A stretch of 64,000 bases of DNA from an uncultured archaeon (GCA_964558645.1 CAZLEV010000012.1:32001-96000); one strand, 5' to 3'; shown: positions 39,405 to 50,184, counted from the stretch's first letter. Notes: generated from the sequence alone by a model not told the origin. Program-made: numbers and translations.

Positions 39405-40510
39405 ACCATCGATTCTGATATCCAGATCAGCACCACCAGTAGAACAAAGTATAAGACGGTAAGCAGAACGCCCTCTCGACGCGTCACACGCCAGTCTTGT
39501 CGGATGACATAATAGAAAACAACCGCTACGCTGAGCATCAGGGATAGCAACGCACCGGCCAGAAACAGATTCACACTTGCCGTAGGAAAGAACATGTTTG
39601 CGAGTCCCAACCCTAGAGTAATGTTCATGATATTGCTTCCAACTACATTGCCAATCAAGAGGCGACCAAACCCATGCCTAGCACTGTTGATCGATACTGT
39701 CAGCTCTGGCAGAGACGTACCAAGGGCTATGAGGGTGAACCCGACGAGACTCTCCTCGATTCCGAAAGTGAGGCTGATGAATTCTGAACCTGATACCACC
39801 CATTGCGCTCCTAACGTGACTCCAACAGCTGCTACCACAATCACCAGAACGTCGGATAGCTGTTCTCGCCCAAGACGGACAGACTGAGCTGCTGATAGAT
39901 CCTCAGTACCATCAGCAGAGTTCTGTTGGGCCGACCGAAACGTCGAAGGACGGGGAGCACCTCTCCTTAGAGACGTGATAAACCTCAACCGAATAAAGAA
40001 GTCAACGAAGATGCTGAACTGGTAACAAGTATCGCACTCTTCACGTCCCCAGTGTAAAAACGAGAGATATGAAACCATCAGGACGAGCAAAATCGCGCCT
40101 TCCCACCACGTGATTGTACCCGGCGCCAGAGGATTGAAGAGCACGACAGCAAGTAGCACGAAAGATAGAATCATGATCTTGGTGTCGCGGTCAAGAACAA
40201 TGTGATTAGTGGCAAGAGGTGCAGCCATCGCACTTATCCCGACAACTAAAGTCAGATTCGTCAAAGAGCTGCCAGCAACGTTGGCAAAGGCAAGGTCAGC
40301 CTTGCCAACAGAGAGTGCCGCGATGCTTGAAACAATCTCTGGGAGAGATGTCCCGATAGCAACAATTGTGAGACCTATCAAGAGATCTGACACACCAAAC
40401 GACTTTGCCAAGCGTGTCGCCGCTTGGATAAGATGCTCCGACCCATATACAAGAAGAACCAATCCGAGAGCGAAAAGGCCAAGGTTGACTAAGACTGAAA
40501 TCTCTTGCAT
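39401..40510 (-). CDS. Ca2+/Na+ antiporter (CaCA, YrbG-like)
   Basis: Two GTSLPE alpha repeats; GNVVGSNI. Confidence 0.93.
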   Translation of the reverse strand: MQEISVLVNLGLFALGLVLLVYGSEHLIQAATRLAKSFGVSDLLIGLTIVAIGTSLPEIVSSIAALSVGKADLAFANVAGSSLTNLTLVVGISAMAAPLATNHIVLDRDTKIMILSFVLLAVVLFNPLAPGTITWWEGAILLVLMVSYLSFLHWGREECDTCYQFSIFVDFFIRLRFITSLRRGAPRPSTFRSAQQNSADGTEDLSAAQSVRLGREQLSDVLVIVVAAVGVTLGAQWVVSGSEFISLTFGIEESLVGFTLIALGTSLPELTVSINSARHGFGRLLIGNVVGSNIMNITLGLGLANMFFPTASVNLFLAGALLSLMLSVAVVFYYVIRQDWRVTRREGVLLTVLYFVLLVVLIWISESMV

Positions 40511-40762
40511 CGGACATCAACTCAGGAAGTCTACAAGCTGTTCTCGTAGCACACGTGCAGAGAACTCCATTATCAAACTATCGAGCATGGCATTTGAAAT
40601 GGTACTGGAATTGCCTACATCCATCGCTTCTCAAATGGCTACTAGCAGTACTCTTTCCGAGTTTCATCAGGACGAGTTACGTGCCGCTCTATCGGAGGGT
40701 CAGGAGGGTCGAGGTGCCCAGCAACCAAAATCCTTTATGAAGCAAGACTGATACCAAGACAC

Positions 40763-41728
40763 ATGAAAGTAGGAGTTCTGACAAGCGGTGGTGACAGCCC
40801 CGGAATGAATGCTGCCATACGAGCCATAGTGAGAATCGGCGTGGCGCAGGACTTCAACATCTTCGGAATCCGCCGAGGGTATCAGGGTATCCTGAATGAA
40901 GAAATCCACGAACTCTTTCCACGGTCGGTGGCGCATATCATACACAGGGGTGGGACCTGTCTTACAACTGGAAGGTCTGAGGAGTTCAAAACAGAACAGG
41001 GACTAGAAAGGGCCGCAGAGGTCTTGGAGAGAGCGGGAATTGAAGGGTTGATAGCTATAGGCGGAGACGGCACGATGAGAGGCCTGTATCACCTGCAACA
41101 ACACTGGAAGGGAAAAGCCATTGGATTGCCAGGAACCATCGACAATGACGTCTACGGAACGGATTATTCCATAGGATTCGACACAGCTGTCAACAACGCT
41201 CTCGCCGCAATTGACAAGATTCGCGACACCGCAGAATCGTACTCCCGAGTCTTTCTGGTCGAGGTCATGGGCCGACATGCAGGCGAGATAGCCATACATG
41301 TGGGAATAGCATCCGGAGCCTCTGCCATTCTTCTTCCTGAGACCCCTACTGATCTGGACCAGATTGCATCCAAAATCATACAGGGAAGGAAAGCTGGTAA
41401 GACTAGCTCACTCATAATCGTCGCTGAAGGAGACGAAGAAGGCGATGCTGCTACAATCGCAGAGAAACTGTCAGGTCGAGTGGGTGAACGATGCAGGGTT
41501 TCAGTGTTGGGGTATATTCAGCGGGGTGGGAATCCAACTCGAATGGATAGGATATTGGCGTCGCGACTGGGCGCACGGGCAATTGAGTGTCTGAGGATGG
41601 GGATAGACGGCGTAATGCTTGGTGAGATCGATGGAGAGATTGTTGGAACACCCTTCAAAGATACGTGGACCAAGGAGAAAAAGCTGGATGAATGGATGTT
41701 AGATCTGATTGATCCACTTTCAACATGA
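40763..41728 (+). CDS. pfkA: ATP-dependent 6-phosphofructokinase
   Basis: TSGGDSPGMNAA, GGDGT, PGTIDND, EVMGR, LGYIQRGG. Confidence 0.95.
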   Translation: MKVGVLTSGGDSPGMNAAIRAIVRIGVAQDFNIFGIRRGYQGILNEEIHELFPRSVAHIIHRGGTCLTTGRSEEFKTEQGLERAAEVLERAGIEGLIAIGGDGTMRGLYHLQQHWKGKAIGLPGTIDNDVYGTDYSIGFDTAVNNALAAIDKIRDTAESYSRVFLVEVMGRHAGEIAIHVGIASGASAILLPETPTDLDQIASKIIQGRKAGKTSSLIIVAEGDEEGDAATIAEKLSGRVGERCRVSVLGYIQRGGNPTRMDRILASRLGARAIECLRMGIDGVMLGEIDGEIVGTPFKDTWTKEKKLDEWMLDLIDPLST

Positions 41729-41936
41729 TTGGACTAGAAACCATCCTTGTGCTTCCTAAGTCGTTTCCTCCGCTCCAAAACGCAGCTTGTAACATAATGA
41801 TGCAATCCTCCAACCAGATGAAGTGAAAACCGTACCCACAGTCTGTCCATAGAAATGAAACACCAGCTCGTGCAGAATAAGTGTTATTATGATGCGGAGA
41901 GGACATCGTATATGCTCTACTACAGGTGACTAGGCT

Positions 41937-44672
41937 TTGGACAAAGAGATTGCATGGCATGCCTTGCATAAGCAAGAGGTTTTCGAGAGGCTCGGAACAG
42001 ATGAGAGAGGTCTGACCAAGGAAGAAGCAGAGAAGAGGCTGACTGAATACGGCACTAACGAAATCCAGGATGAGGAAGCAATCAGCAAGGTAGCGCTCCT
42101 CGTGAGCCAACTAAGGAACCCCTTGATCGGAGTGCTTGTAGCTGCGGCACTGGTTTCATTTATCGTCGGGAAATCCATTGACACGGCTGTTATCATTGTT
42201 GTCATAGGAGTCAATACCATCATAGGATTCTCTCAGGAGTACAAGGCAGAAGCAGCAATCCAGTCATTGAAGTCGATGGCAGCCCCAGAGGCTGACGTAA
42301 TCAGAAGCTGCCCGGAAGAACAAAGATGTGCCGAAATGAGCGTCAAGGCCAAGCTACTAGTCCCTGGGGACATAGTGGTCCTGAATACGGGAGACAAGGT
42401 CCCGGCAGATATTCGCATCTACAATGCCATGAATCTAGAAATAGACGAGTCTTTGCTCACAGGCGAGTCAACCCCTGTACAGAAGAAAGCTGGCATCCTT
42501 CAGGAGGACACCGCGACTGCAGACAAGAAGAACATGGCCTTCTCAGGCACATTGGTCACGCACGGCCGTGGAAAGGGCGTTGTGGTAAATACCGGAATGG
42601 ACACTGAAATGGGAAGAATAGCGGAGCTTGTCAGAACAACTGAAGAGTCCGAAACCCCCATCCAAAGGACAATCAACACTCTCAGCAGAAATCTTGGCGT
42701 CTTGGCAATTCTTGTGGCTGGAATGACCTTGACAATCGGCATCTTGCGTAAATTAGAGTACTACGATATGCTCCTCTACGCATTGGCATCCGCAGTTTCG
42801 TCGATACCGGAGGGCCTCCCCGCGGTGGCAACAATAGCAATGGCGATTGGTGTCAGAAGGATGGCCAAACGCAATGCGATCATAAGGCGACTTCAGGCAG
42901 TCGACACCCTAGGATCCGCCTCAGCCATCTGTGCAGACAAGACTGGAACCCTGACAAGCAACCAGATGACCGTACGGAGAATCATTGCCGATAATCGAGT
43001 GGTCGAAGTGACAGGTGTCGGTTATTCTGCCGAAGGACATTTTGAGGTGGGAAATGCTCAAGTAGATCCGCAAAAGGATCAGACGATTGCCCTCCTCCTG
43101 AGGATAGGTGCCCTATGCAACGACGCTAGGGTCAGAGAAGAACAGAATGAAGGCTCTACCCGACGAAAGATTCATGGCAATCCCACCGAGGGCGCACTTG
43201 TTATTGCTGCAGAAAAGGCCGGACTGGAGAAACATGAACTGGAGAACGAACTGCCTCGAGTAGACGAGATACCGTTTACCTCCAAGTATCGCTATATGGC
43301 TACTTTCCACAAGACATCAGAAGAAGGTATGCAAGCCTTTGTGAAGGGAGGACCAGAAGCTGTTCTCCAGATGTGTTCACATATAATGAAGGGCGGTGAA
43401 GTAAGTGAGTTGACTTCGCAGAAGAGGGAGAGAATCCTTCAGTTCAACACACAGATGGCTAGCGAGGCAATGAGAGTACTAGCCATGGCATATCAAACAG
43501 TGGAAGCAGAAGACATTGAGACCTTCAAAGAAGAAATACAGTATGGGAATCCGAAGATGATTCTTGTCGGTCTTGCAGGTATGATTGATCCCCCCAGACC
43601 TGAAGCAAGAGAAGCGGTGAGGCAATGTAAGAATGCAGGAATCAAGGTGATAATGGCGACCGGAGACCAACCGCTGACCGCAAAGGCAATCGCAGAAGAG
43701 ATTGGGATTCTCGAAGATGATTCAAGAGTCTTGACTGGACCGGATCTGGATGATATGGACGATAGCAGGATGGACGCTGCGGTGGAACAGACCTCAGTCT
43801 TTGCTCGGGTGTCTCCTGAGAACAAACACAGAATCGTTGAGTCCCTCAGGCGGAACGGCTACATCGTGGCCATGACCGGGGATGGGGTCAATGATGCTCC
43901 TGCTCTCAAAGCGGCTGAAATCGGGATTGCAATGGGAATCACCGGGACCGATGTGACAAGAGAAACTGCGGATATGGTTCTCACAGACGATAACTTCGCC
44001 AGTATTGTTAACGCCATCGAAGAGGGGCGTGTGGTCTTCAATAACATCAGGAAGGTAGTGAAGTATCTTCTCAGCACGAACATCGGCGAAGACCTGATAA
44101 TACTGACAGCTCTGATTCTTCTGCCGGCAACCCCGCTCATTCTAACACCAATTCAGATACTCTGGGTTAATCTGGTCACTGACGGAATCCTTGATGTTAC
44201 GCTAGCAATGGAACCCAAAGAGGAAGATGTTATGGACGAACCTCCAAGGAAACCAACTGCAAACATAGTGAATAAGGAGATTCTGTTGAACATCTTCTAT
44301 GTCAGTGTTTTTATGATGATAGGAACTCTGTGCGTTTTCACTGCGGGATATGATATTGGAGGTCTCATCAAAGCTCAGACTCTTGGATTCACAACCATGG
44401 CCATGTTTCAGGTATTCAACTCCTTGAACTGCAGATCTCGAAGCAAGTCGTTCTTCAGCCTGGGGCTCTTTACTAACAAGTACCTCTACATTGCGATTGC
44501 AGCTTCAGTATTGCTACAGGTGTCTGCAACCATTCTTCCATTCTTCCAGGTGACGCTAGGTACAACTGCACTTTCATTGTGGGATTGGGTAATAGTGGTT
44601 CTTGTTTCGAGCTCGGTGTTCTTCGCAGACGAGGCAAGGAAATTAGTGCAGCGCAAGATGAGAGACAGGTAG
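41937..44672 (+). CDS. P-type IIA cation (Ca2+-like) ATPase
   Basis: TGES, IPEGLP, DKTGTLT, TGDGVNDAPAL, QILWVNLVTD. Confidence 0.95.
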   Translation: MDKEIAWHALHKQEVFERLGTDERGLTKEEAEKRLTEYGTNEIQDEEAISKVALLVSQLRNPLIGVLVAAALVSFIVGKSIDTAVIIVVIGVNTIIGFSQEYKAEAAIQSLKSMAAPEADVIRSCPEEQRCAEMSVKAKLLVPGDIVVLNTGDKVPADIRIYNAMNLEIDESLLTGESTPVQKKAGILQEDTATADKKNMAFSGTLVTHGRGKGVVVNTGMDTEMGRIAELVRTTEESETPIQRTINTLSRNLGVLAILVAGMTLTIGILRKLEYYDMLLYALASAVSSIPEGLPAVATIAMAIGVRRMAKRNAIIRRLQAVDTLGSASAICADKTGTLTSNQMTVRRIIADNRVVEVTGVGYSAEGHFEVGNAQVDPQKDQTIALLLRIGALCNDARVREEQNEGSTRRKIHGNPTEGALVIAAEKAGLEKHELENELPRVDEIPFTSKYRYMATFHKTSEEGMQAFVKGGPEAVLQMCSHIMKGGEVSELTSQKRERILQFNTQMASEAMRVLAMAYQTVEAEDIETFKEEIQYGNPKMILVGLAGMIDPPRPEAREAVRQCKNAGIKVIMATGDQPLTAKAIAEEIGILEDDSRVLTGPDLDDMDDSRMDAAVEQTSVFARVSPENKHRIVESLRRNGYIVAMTGDGVNDAPALKAAEIGIAMGITGTDVTRETADMVLTDDNFASIVNAIEEGRVVFNNIRKVVKYLLSTNIGEDLIILTALILLPATPLILTPIQILWVNLVTDGILDVTLAMEPKEEDVMDEPPRKPTANIVNKEILLNIFYVSVFMMIGTLCVFTAGYDIGGLIKAQTLGFTTMAMFQVFNSLNCRSRSKSFFSLGLFTNKYLYIAIAASVLLQVSATILPFFQVTLGTTALSLWDWVIVVLVSSSVFFADEARKLVQRKMRDR

Positions 44673-44760
44673 ATGGTCTATATATGACCATAATGAGGCG
44701 GCAATTATCGGATTATCTGCCTAGTGTGCCGTTTATCTGTATTCCTCAAGACTACTATGT

Positions 44761-45228
44761 ATGAGCCCCCCGCTTCAGACAAGACTTCCCGATTTTGATG
44801 AGAAATCGGGAGATTTGAGTATCCCTTCTGAGAAACTAAAATCCGAGAGAGTCACAGGTGATATTTGGAAGCGTACAATTACCCAAAAGGAGGATTGGGG
44901 TATCTGCAACTTTGGTGGGACCGTCATGTTTGCCAAGCTCGAAGAGGGCAGGATCATCGTACATGGAATAGAGGCCAGCTGTAGATGGTGTGGAAGTGAA
45001 CTCGAAGTCCGGGGAGAGCAAGTATTCTGCGTAGGCAGTTGCAAGACGTATCAAGGTTTGTTCTCCAAGGATTTGAACAAGTACCTCGAATGGGAGGGAG
45101 CAAAGTCTTACACTCTTCGAAGGGAGATTGCAAGAATAGAAGGACTACAGTTGGAACCTCGTGATCTAGAGCCCCTTCCCCAGCCAGCTGAATGGAGCAT
45201 ATTTGATGAGTTTGAGGAGATGAACTAG
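44761..45228 (+). CDS. Hypothetical protein with putative Zn ribbon
   Basis: CRWC...CVGSC. Confidence 0.65.
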   Translation: MSPPLQTRLPDFDEKSGDLSIPSEKLKSERVTGDIWKRTITQKEDWGICNFGGTVMFAKLEEGRIIVHGIEASCRWCGSELEVRGEQVFCVGSCKTYQGLFSKDLNKYLEWEGAKSYTLRREIARIEGLQLEPRDLEPLPQPAEWSIFDEFEEMN

Positions 45229-45272
45229 AAACCATAGACCAAGATTCAATAACAGGTTCCCAATAGCATACC

Positions 45273-45977
45273 TTGGTCCACATGAACGATGTAAGAATGC
45301 AACATAGCAAGGGGAGCTTCTCAATCTTCGCGATACTAGTCATGTTTATGATGGGTCTCTTGCTGATACAAAGCCTTGGATTTGCGTTTGTTCGTTTGGG
45401 AATTCCACCCTGGTTGGTGTTGATAATAGTACCCGGGTCACTTCTTGGTAGTCTTGTCAATATCCCTGTCACATCGGTACAATCTGGTTCACAGGCTTGT
45501 CAGCACGAGTACGTGAGCATCTGGGGACTTCACTACAAAGTGGCACCACAGGACTGCCCCGGAGAGACCAAAGTCAGCATCAATCTTGGAGGTGCAATCA
45601 TTCCAGTAGCTGTGAGTGGCTATCTCCTTCTCATCAACCCGGTAGACATTCTGCCCTCTCTTCTTGCGGTGGGCATCGTCGCAGTATTCGTGAAAGCAAT
45701 TGCACGAGTCGAACCCGAAGTTGGGATTGTCACTCCTGCGCTATTGCCTCCTCTGATTGCAGCACTATCAGCGATGGGACTGATGATGCTCTTCCCAGGT
45801 GTTATTGATGCCTATGTGATAGCATACGTCTCTGGAACTCTGGGAACTTTGATTGGAGCAGACTTGCTCAATCTCGGGAGACTGGGAGAGCTAAAGACAA
45901 GTCAAGCGTCAATAGGCGGAGCAGGCACATGGGACGGGGTGTTTCTTGCAGGAATCTTGGCAGTCTTCCTCTTGTAG
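45273..45977 (+). CDS. DUF1614 membrane protein
   Basis: SLLGSLVNIP, NLGGAIIP, GTLIGADLLNL, SIGGAGTWDG. Confidence 0.88.
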   Translation: MVHMNDVRMQHSKGSFSIFAILVMFMMGLLLIQSLGFAFVRLGIPPWLVLIIVPGSLLGSLVNIPVTSVQSGSQACQHEYVSIWGLHYKVAPQDCPGETKVSINLGGAIIPVAVSGYLLLINPVDILPSLLAVGIVAVFVKAIARVEPEVGIVTPALLPPLIAALSAMGLMMLFPGVIDAYVIAYVSGTLGTLIGADLLNLGRLGELKTSQASIGGAGTWDGVFLAGILAVFLL

Positions 45978-45980
45978 TAT

Positions 45981-46895
45981 TCAAGCCTCATACGTATGAG
46001 GGTTCAACTCGTACAACAGGAACGCTCTGTCATCCTGTTCCCGATCGACATAACCCAATGTCTTAGACCACTCCTTCGTCCGAGGTCCTAGAAAGAATGC
46101 AGCTCGGTCGATGTCAGATGATGTTAGCTGATCCAAAATCCGGGACATGACATCAACGAAGATAGCCTGATCTATGGCAAATACACTATAGGCTGAGCGC
46201 TGCTCTTCGTCCGAGTCGATGGCCTTAGCATAGTATAGCGCCTGAGCAATCCCGTCTTCACCAATAACAGCTTTGAAGTCGGTTTCTGTGGCAAGCCTGC
46301 GAAGCCCATCCAAGTCGGGCTTGTCGAAGCTCCATGCAAGAGGAAGGTATTTCACGTCCAGTAGATCTGGTGAAGAGCGCAATAACTCTAGCAGTCGTTC
46401 AGGTCCCACTTCAATGGGAATAATGGAAGGAGAGGGTTTTGGATGGTCGGGGTAGGGTTTCTCAATCTTAAGATAACCTACTCTCGTTGCTAGGTGAAAC
46501 CCATCCTTACGGGCAACCCGCATAGAAGCGTCGTTCAGACTGCCTGTTGCATACCACAACGTTTCAACTCCATGTTTCTTGGCGACATTAATGATCTCCT
46601 GGACAATCTTGGTACCGAGTCCCTGTCCTCTATAGCCGTCTTTGACACGAAGGCCTTCTATCCAGGCAATCTCAGTGTCAGGTACCAGCTCCAAATTGGC
46701 AAGAGCGACCAGTTCATCATCGTAAAAGGTACCGAGAGTATAGCTGTTGCTGCTGTTGATCCACTCAGGGAAGGTTCTGGGGGTGTAGTCCCTGCCATCC
46801 CATACGGTCTCAGCTAGGCGTTTCACCTCTCCGTGGTCGTCAAGAGTGAGTTCTCGGGTTTCGAAGTTCATGGCGTAATCTCCACATGGTGACAA
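45981..46895 (-). CDS. GNAT family N-acetyltransferase
   Basis: WIEGLRV...RGQGLG, N.AS; likely start at MNFETRE (46871). Confidence 0.85.
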   Translation of the reverse strand: MSPCGDYAMNFETRELTLDDHGEVKRLAETVWDGRDYTPRTFPEWINSSNSYTLGTFYDDELVALANLELVPDTEIAWIEGLRVKDGYRGQGLGTKIVQEIINVAKKHGVETLWYATGSLNDASMRVARKDGFHLATRVGYLKIEKPYPDHPKPSPSIIPIEVGPERLLELLRSSPDLLDVKYLPLAWSFDKPDLDGLRRLATETDFKAVIGEDGIAQALYYAKAIDSDEEQRSAYSVFAIDQAIFVDVMSRILDQLTSSDIDRAAFFLGPRTKEWSKTLGYVDREQDDRAFLLYELNPHTYEA

Positions 46896-46925
46896 TCTTA
46901 AGAACTTGAGGATGTGTATAGACGG

Positions 46926-47756
46926 TCATGGCGTGTTTTGCAGAACCAGGCAATAGTGATGGTGGACGTTGCTCACATATGTTGTCGGGAAGCCCCAACA
47001 GCCCAGTCGCTTGTTGTCTTGACACCAGATCTGCTCCTGACGTAGCTCGTAGTGATTGGACAAGCGTTGGGCCATGTCCCAGGCAATGGGCCGTAATCGT
47101 CCATCTGTATCTCTCATGTTCTGAACCACTACTACAAGATAGGCACCATCTTTCATCAGAGGCCTTAGACTCTCAAAGACCGTTGCAGCTTCTTGAAGAT
47201 ACTCTTCATAGTCTGCGAGATTGCCTATGTCAGACTCCGACATGCTATACGTCTGTTTCAAGCCTCGCTCAGCACGTTCCTTGTGAGCTGTCTTATTCCC
47301 GCCTCGCGACTTGTGCAACATGTTCCAATACGGAGGGGAGGTGACCAAGAGGTCGAATTTAGGACAAGAATCACCGAAGACCTCTCGAATCAAACGTCCG
47401 GCCTCACGCGCATCACCGACAATCATCTTCTGATCACCAGAGCCTCTTGCCTTACTGAGGTCAGCCCTGGCAACTGCCGCGAAGGCCTCATTCAGTTCTA
47501 TGCCCACAGCATTCCGCTTCAATCTCCTGCAACTCAGTAACGTGCTACCGACTCCTGCAAAGGGGTCAATAACCCAACCGGCTTCATGTGTAAAGAACTC
47601 CAGGAATCTATCGACCAACTTCCGAGGGAATTTTGCGGGATGTTCAAGCTGAGACCTTGACCTTGGAGGGGGATTGACGACGAACCAGGATTTCGTGCGT
47701 TTCACCCATTCCTTTCCATCTAGATTGTTGAGTCGATTCCGTTTCAGGATGATCAC
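46926..47756 (-). CDS. Orphan N4-C/N6-A DNA methyltransferase
   Basis: HPAKFP, DPFAGVGST (motif I), TSPPY (motif IV). Confidence 0.85.
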   Translation of the reverse strand: MIILKRNRLNNLDGKEWVKRTKSWFVVNPPPRSRSQLEHPAKFPRKLVDRFLEFFTHEAGWVIDPFAGVGSTLLSCRRLKRNAVGIELNEAFAAVARADLSKARGSGDQKMIVGDAREAGRLIREVFGDSCPKFDLLVTSPPYWNMLHKSRGGNKTAHKERAERGLKQTYSMSESDIGNLADYEEYLQEAATVFESLRPLMKDGAYLVVVVQNMRDTDGRLRPIAWDMAQRLSNHYELRQEQIWCQDNKRLGCWGFPTTYVSNVHHHYCLVLQNTP

Positions 47757-47807
47757 CTGACAATGAGTTGTAGGGCGGAGGATAAGAGTGTTCTCGGAGA
47801 CGACACC

Positions 47808-48821
47808 TTACTGTCCTGCAATTCGTGCGCTTACTATTCTGTTAATTCCTACCTCTCCGATATCTGCACAGTAGGATGCAATTCTGCCGAAGTGCATGAT
47901 CAACAGAACATGTTCCGGCTTTACTCCTTTGCTGGAAGACTCAAATTTCGCGAAACGGTTCACCAGGGAGTTAGCCCTCTTAAGCGCCTCAAACGCCTCG
48001 TTGCCTTCACCATACACATCGAGCTTCTTTCGCCCATGGCTCTCCACACTAAAGAAGGCCTTCATCATCTCTTCATAGGCGTCACCTGTTTCACGGCAAG
48101 CCTCTTCAATCTTAGATGGGAGTTTTCCAGCATCCTCTAGTTGAGCTGCGGCACCACAGATGTGATCCGCAATTCGTTCGATGTACTTGGCTGCGAGACT
48201 GAAATGCAAACAGTCTGATGGGGTCACATCTATCTTCCTTGCATAGGCAGAGTCCTGCAGCGCAAGGTGACACAATCTCTCGACAAAATATCGATGACGA
48301 TCGACATCCTCATCGCGTTCCTCTAGGCGGCGACTATCTTCGAGATCCCGTGTCTTTGTCGCGTTGATAAGGACACTGAGCATGTACTTTGTGGTCGCGA
48401 ACTGCCTCCTCAGAACTGGAATTATCACCTGCTTCTCACTGGTATCGCTTATATCAAGGCGAGTACTGTGCTCGTCCAGAACTTCAAATCCCGGAAGTCT
48501 TCGGATCCACCTGCTGACTCGCTCACGAGTTTCCATATCTAGGTCACCAGAGAAGCCAATCTCGATGTCACTGGCACCGACAATATAGGCTCCAGTCAAA
48601 ATGCTTTCAACACGATCCTTACTTGCATCTTCCATGGTGATGCTGAGCTTTCCACCTGTCCTCGTCTCATATTCTGGGGGATAGACGGTCAAGAGACCCT
48701 CCTCTGTTTCACCAATCCGTACTTCGGAATCCTTGTCAAGGTGGAACTTGTCACACCATGCACGAGGGAGGTAGACATAGAACGAGTTTCTTACTTGATT
48801 CAGCTTCCGTGTGACAATCAT
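47808..48821 (-). CDS. Archaeal phosphate uptake regulator (AbrB DNA-binding plus PhoU domains)
   Basis: RKLNQV..SFYVYLPRAW AbrB motif; DEDVDR, ERIADH; likely start 48821 (ORF track 48857). Confidence 0.88.
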   Translation of the reverse strand: MIVTRKLNQVRNSFYVYLPRAWCDKFHLDKDSEVRIGETEEGLLTVYPPEYETRTGGKLSITMEDASKDRVESILTGAYIVGASDIEIGFSGDLDMETRERVSRWIRRLPGFEVLDEHSTRLDISDTSEKQVIIPVLRRQFATTKYMLSVLINATKTRDLEDSRRLEERDEDVDRHRYFVERLCHLALQDSAYARKIDVTPSDCLHFSLAAKYIERIADHICGAAAQLEDAGKLPSKIEEACRETGDAYEEMMKAFFSVESHGRKKLDVYGEGNEAFEALKRANSLVNRFAKFESSSKGVKPEHVLLIMHFGRIASYCADIGEVGINRIVSARIAGQ

Positions 48822-48844
48822 GTCAAATGCACCGACCCGTGATA

Positions 48845-48860
48845 CATATGATTGCATATG
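48845..48860. promoter_or_regulatory. Tandem CATATG palindromes upstream of the AbrB-PhoU regulator
   Basis: CATATG at 48845-48850 and 48855-48860. Confidence 0.5.
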
Positions 48861-49014
48861 AAGTTAATGCGGGCTTCATTGAATCCAACATGAATCCTCC
48901 TTGGAATTTCTCAGGCGCCAATCAATTAAAGCAACGACACAGCGAACGCCATTCAGCCGAGTCTGCTGCTTTCTGTTGTCATTGGCCCTTGAGTCCTCGT
49001 ATTTACAACATCCG

Positions 49015-49048
49015 CATATGCAACATATGTAGTCATCAATTGCACATG
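49015..49048. promoter_or_regulatory. Tandem CATATG palindromes upstream of pstS
   Basis: CATATG at 49015-49020 and 49024-49029, CACATG at 49043-49048, just after TATA-like TATTTACA near 49000. Confidence 0.5.
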
Positions 49049-49115
49049 CAGCTCATGGGCCCAACTCAAATACTGAGTTCAGCGCGACCGAACCAAAGAA
49101 TATGGAGAACCAAAA

Positions 49116-50171
49116 ATGACAGACTCGAAAATGTCAATCATCGTTGGAATCATCATTGGACTACTCCTCGGAGCCGGTGCAATGTGGGTATTGAATCCAG
49201 GTTCAGGTGTAGGGGCCGAGACTTATACCATCTCTACGGCAGGATCCACAACAGTGTATCCGCTATCCCAAGAATGGGCTAGTCAATTCCATGCGGATAT
49301 GCCCTCGTTCACTGTAACGCCCGGCACTGGAGGCTCTGGGCTGGGCCAATCACAGGTTGCAGATGGGCTGATAGACATAGGGGCCACGAGCTCATATCCA
49401 AGTAGTACCTATCGTACTGAGAATCCACATGTCGAGATAATCCCAGTGAGCGCAGATGCCCTTGGAATCGTTGTAAATCCTTCAGTTAACGGATCAATCT
49501 TCAAGATGGATTGTGACATGGCTGTTGCAGTGTTCCAGCGAAATGTCACTACTTGGGAGGATTTCGAGACCATCTTCGGTGTCACAATCCAGCAGACCGG
49601 TGCCATCAACGTCTATGTTCGTTCAGACGCCAGTGGTACAACTGCGACTTTTGCTGAGTGGCTTGAGAAGGCAGACGAAAACACTAATCCGAATGGAGCG
49701 GAGTTCGAATGGAAACTTGGCAAAAAGGAAACCGTTTCGTGGATTGCCGGCACTAATGCTGTAGAAGGTAACCCCGGTGTTGCATCCGGTGTCAAGAATG
49801 ATGAGAATGGGATTGGATATGTAGGCCTGAAGTTCATGGAAGACCTAACTCAAGTTACTCTCTACAACCCAGGGAACGAAGAATGGGTCGAGCCCACTCT
49901 TGAGAATGCTCTTAACGCACTACCAGAAACACTGAGCGATCCCGGTGCGAACCTGATGAATTCTGATAGAGACAGTGCCTATCCCATTGCGAGACTCTTG
50001 TTCTACATGGTCAACAAGAACAATCTGAGGTGGCAGACACTCACCTACCTCTACTGGGTTCTAAGCATCGGTCAGCAGTACATCTCTGAGGTCGGCTATG
50101 TTCCAATCAGTGGAACATCGGCAATGGCTTACTCTCTAGAAGCTGTGGGCAGTCTTGCTCCATCTTCATAG
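49116..50171 (+). CDS. pstS: Phosphate ABC transporter substrate-binding protein
   Basis: AGSTTVYP, GGSGLG, RSDASGT, YPIAR; first gene of the pst operon. Confidence 0.93.
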   Translation: MTDSKMSIIVGIIIGLLLGAGAMWVLNPGSGVGAETYTISTAGSTTVYPLSQEWASQFHADMPSFTVTPGTGGSGLGQSQVADGLIDIGATSSYPSSTYRTENPHVEIIPVSADALGIVVNPSVNGSIFKMDCDMAVAVFQRNVTTWEDFETIFGVTIQQTGAINVYVRSDASGTTATFAEWLEKADENTNPNGAEFEWKLGKKETVSWIAGTNAVEGNPGVASGVKNDENGIGYVGLKFMEDLTQVTLYNPGNEEWVEPTLENALNALPETLSDPGANLMNSDRDSAYPIARLLFYMVNKNNLRWQTLTYLYWVLSIGQQYISEVGYVPISGTSAMAYSLEAVGSLAPSS

Positions 50172-50184
50172 TTTACTCCTTCCC

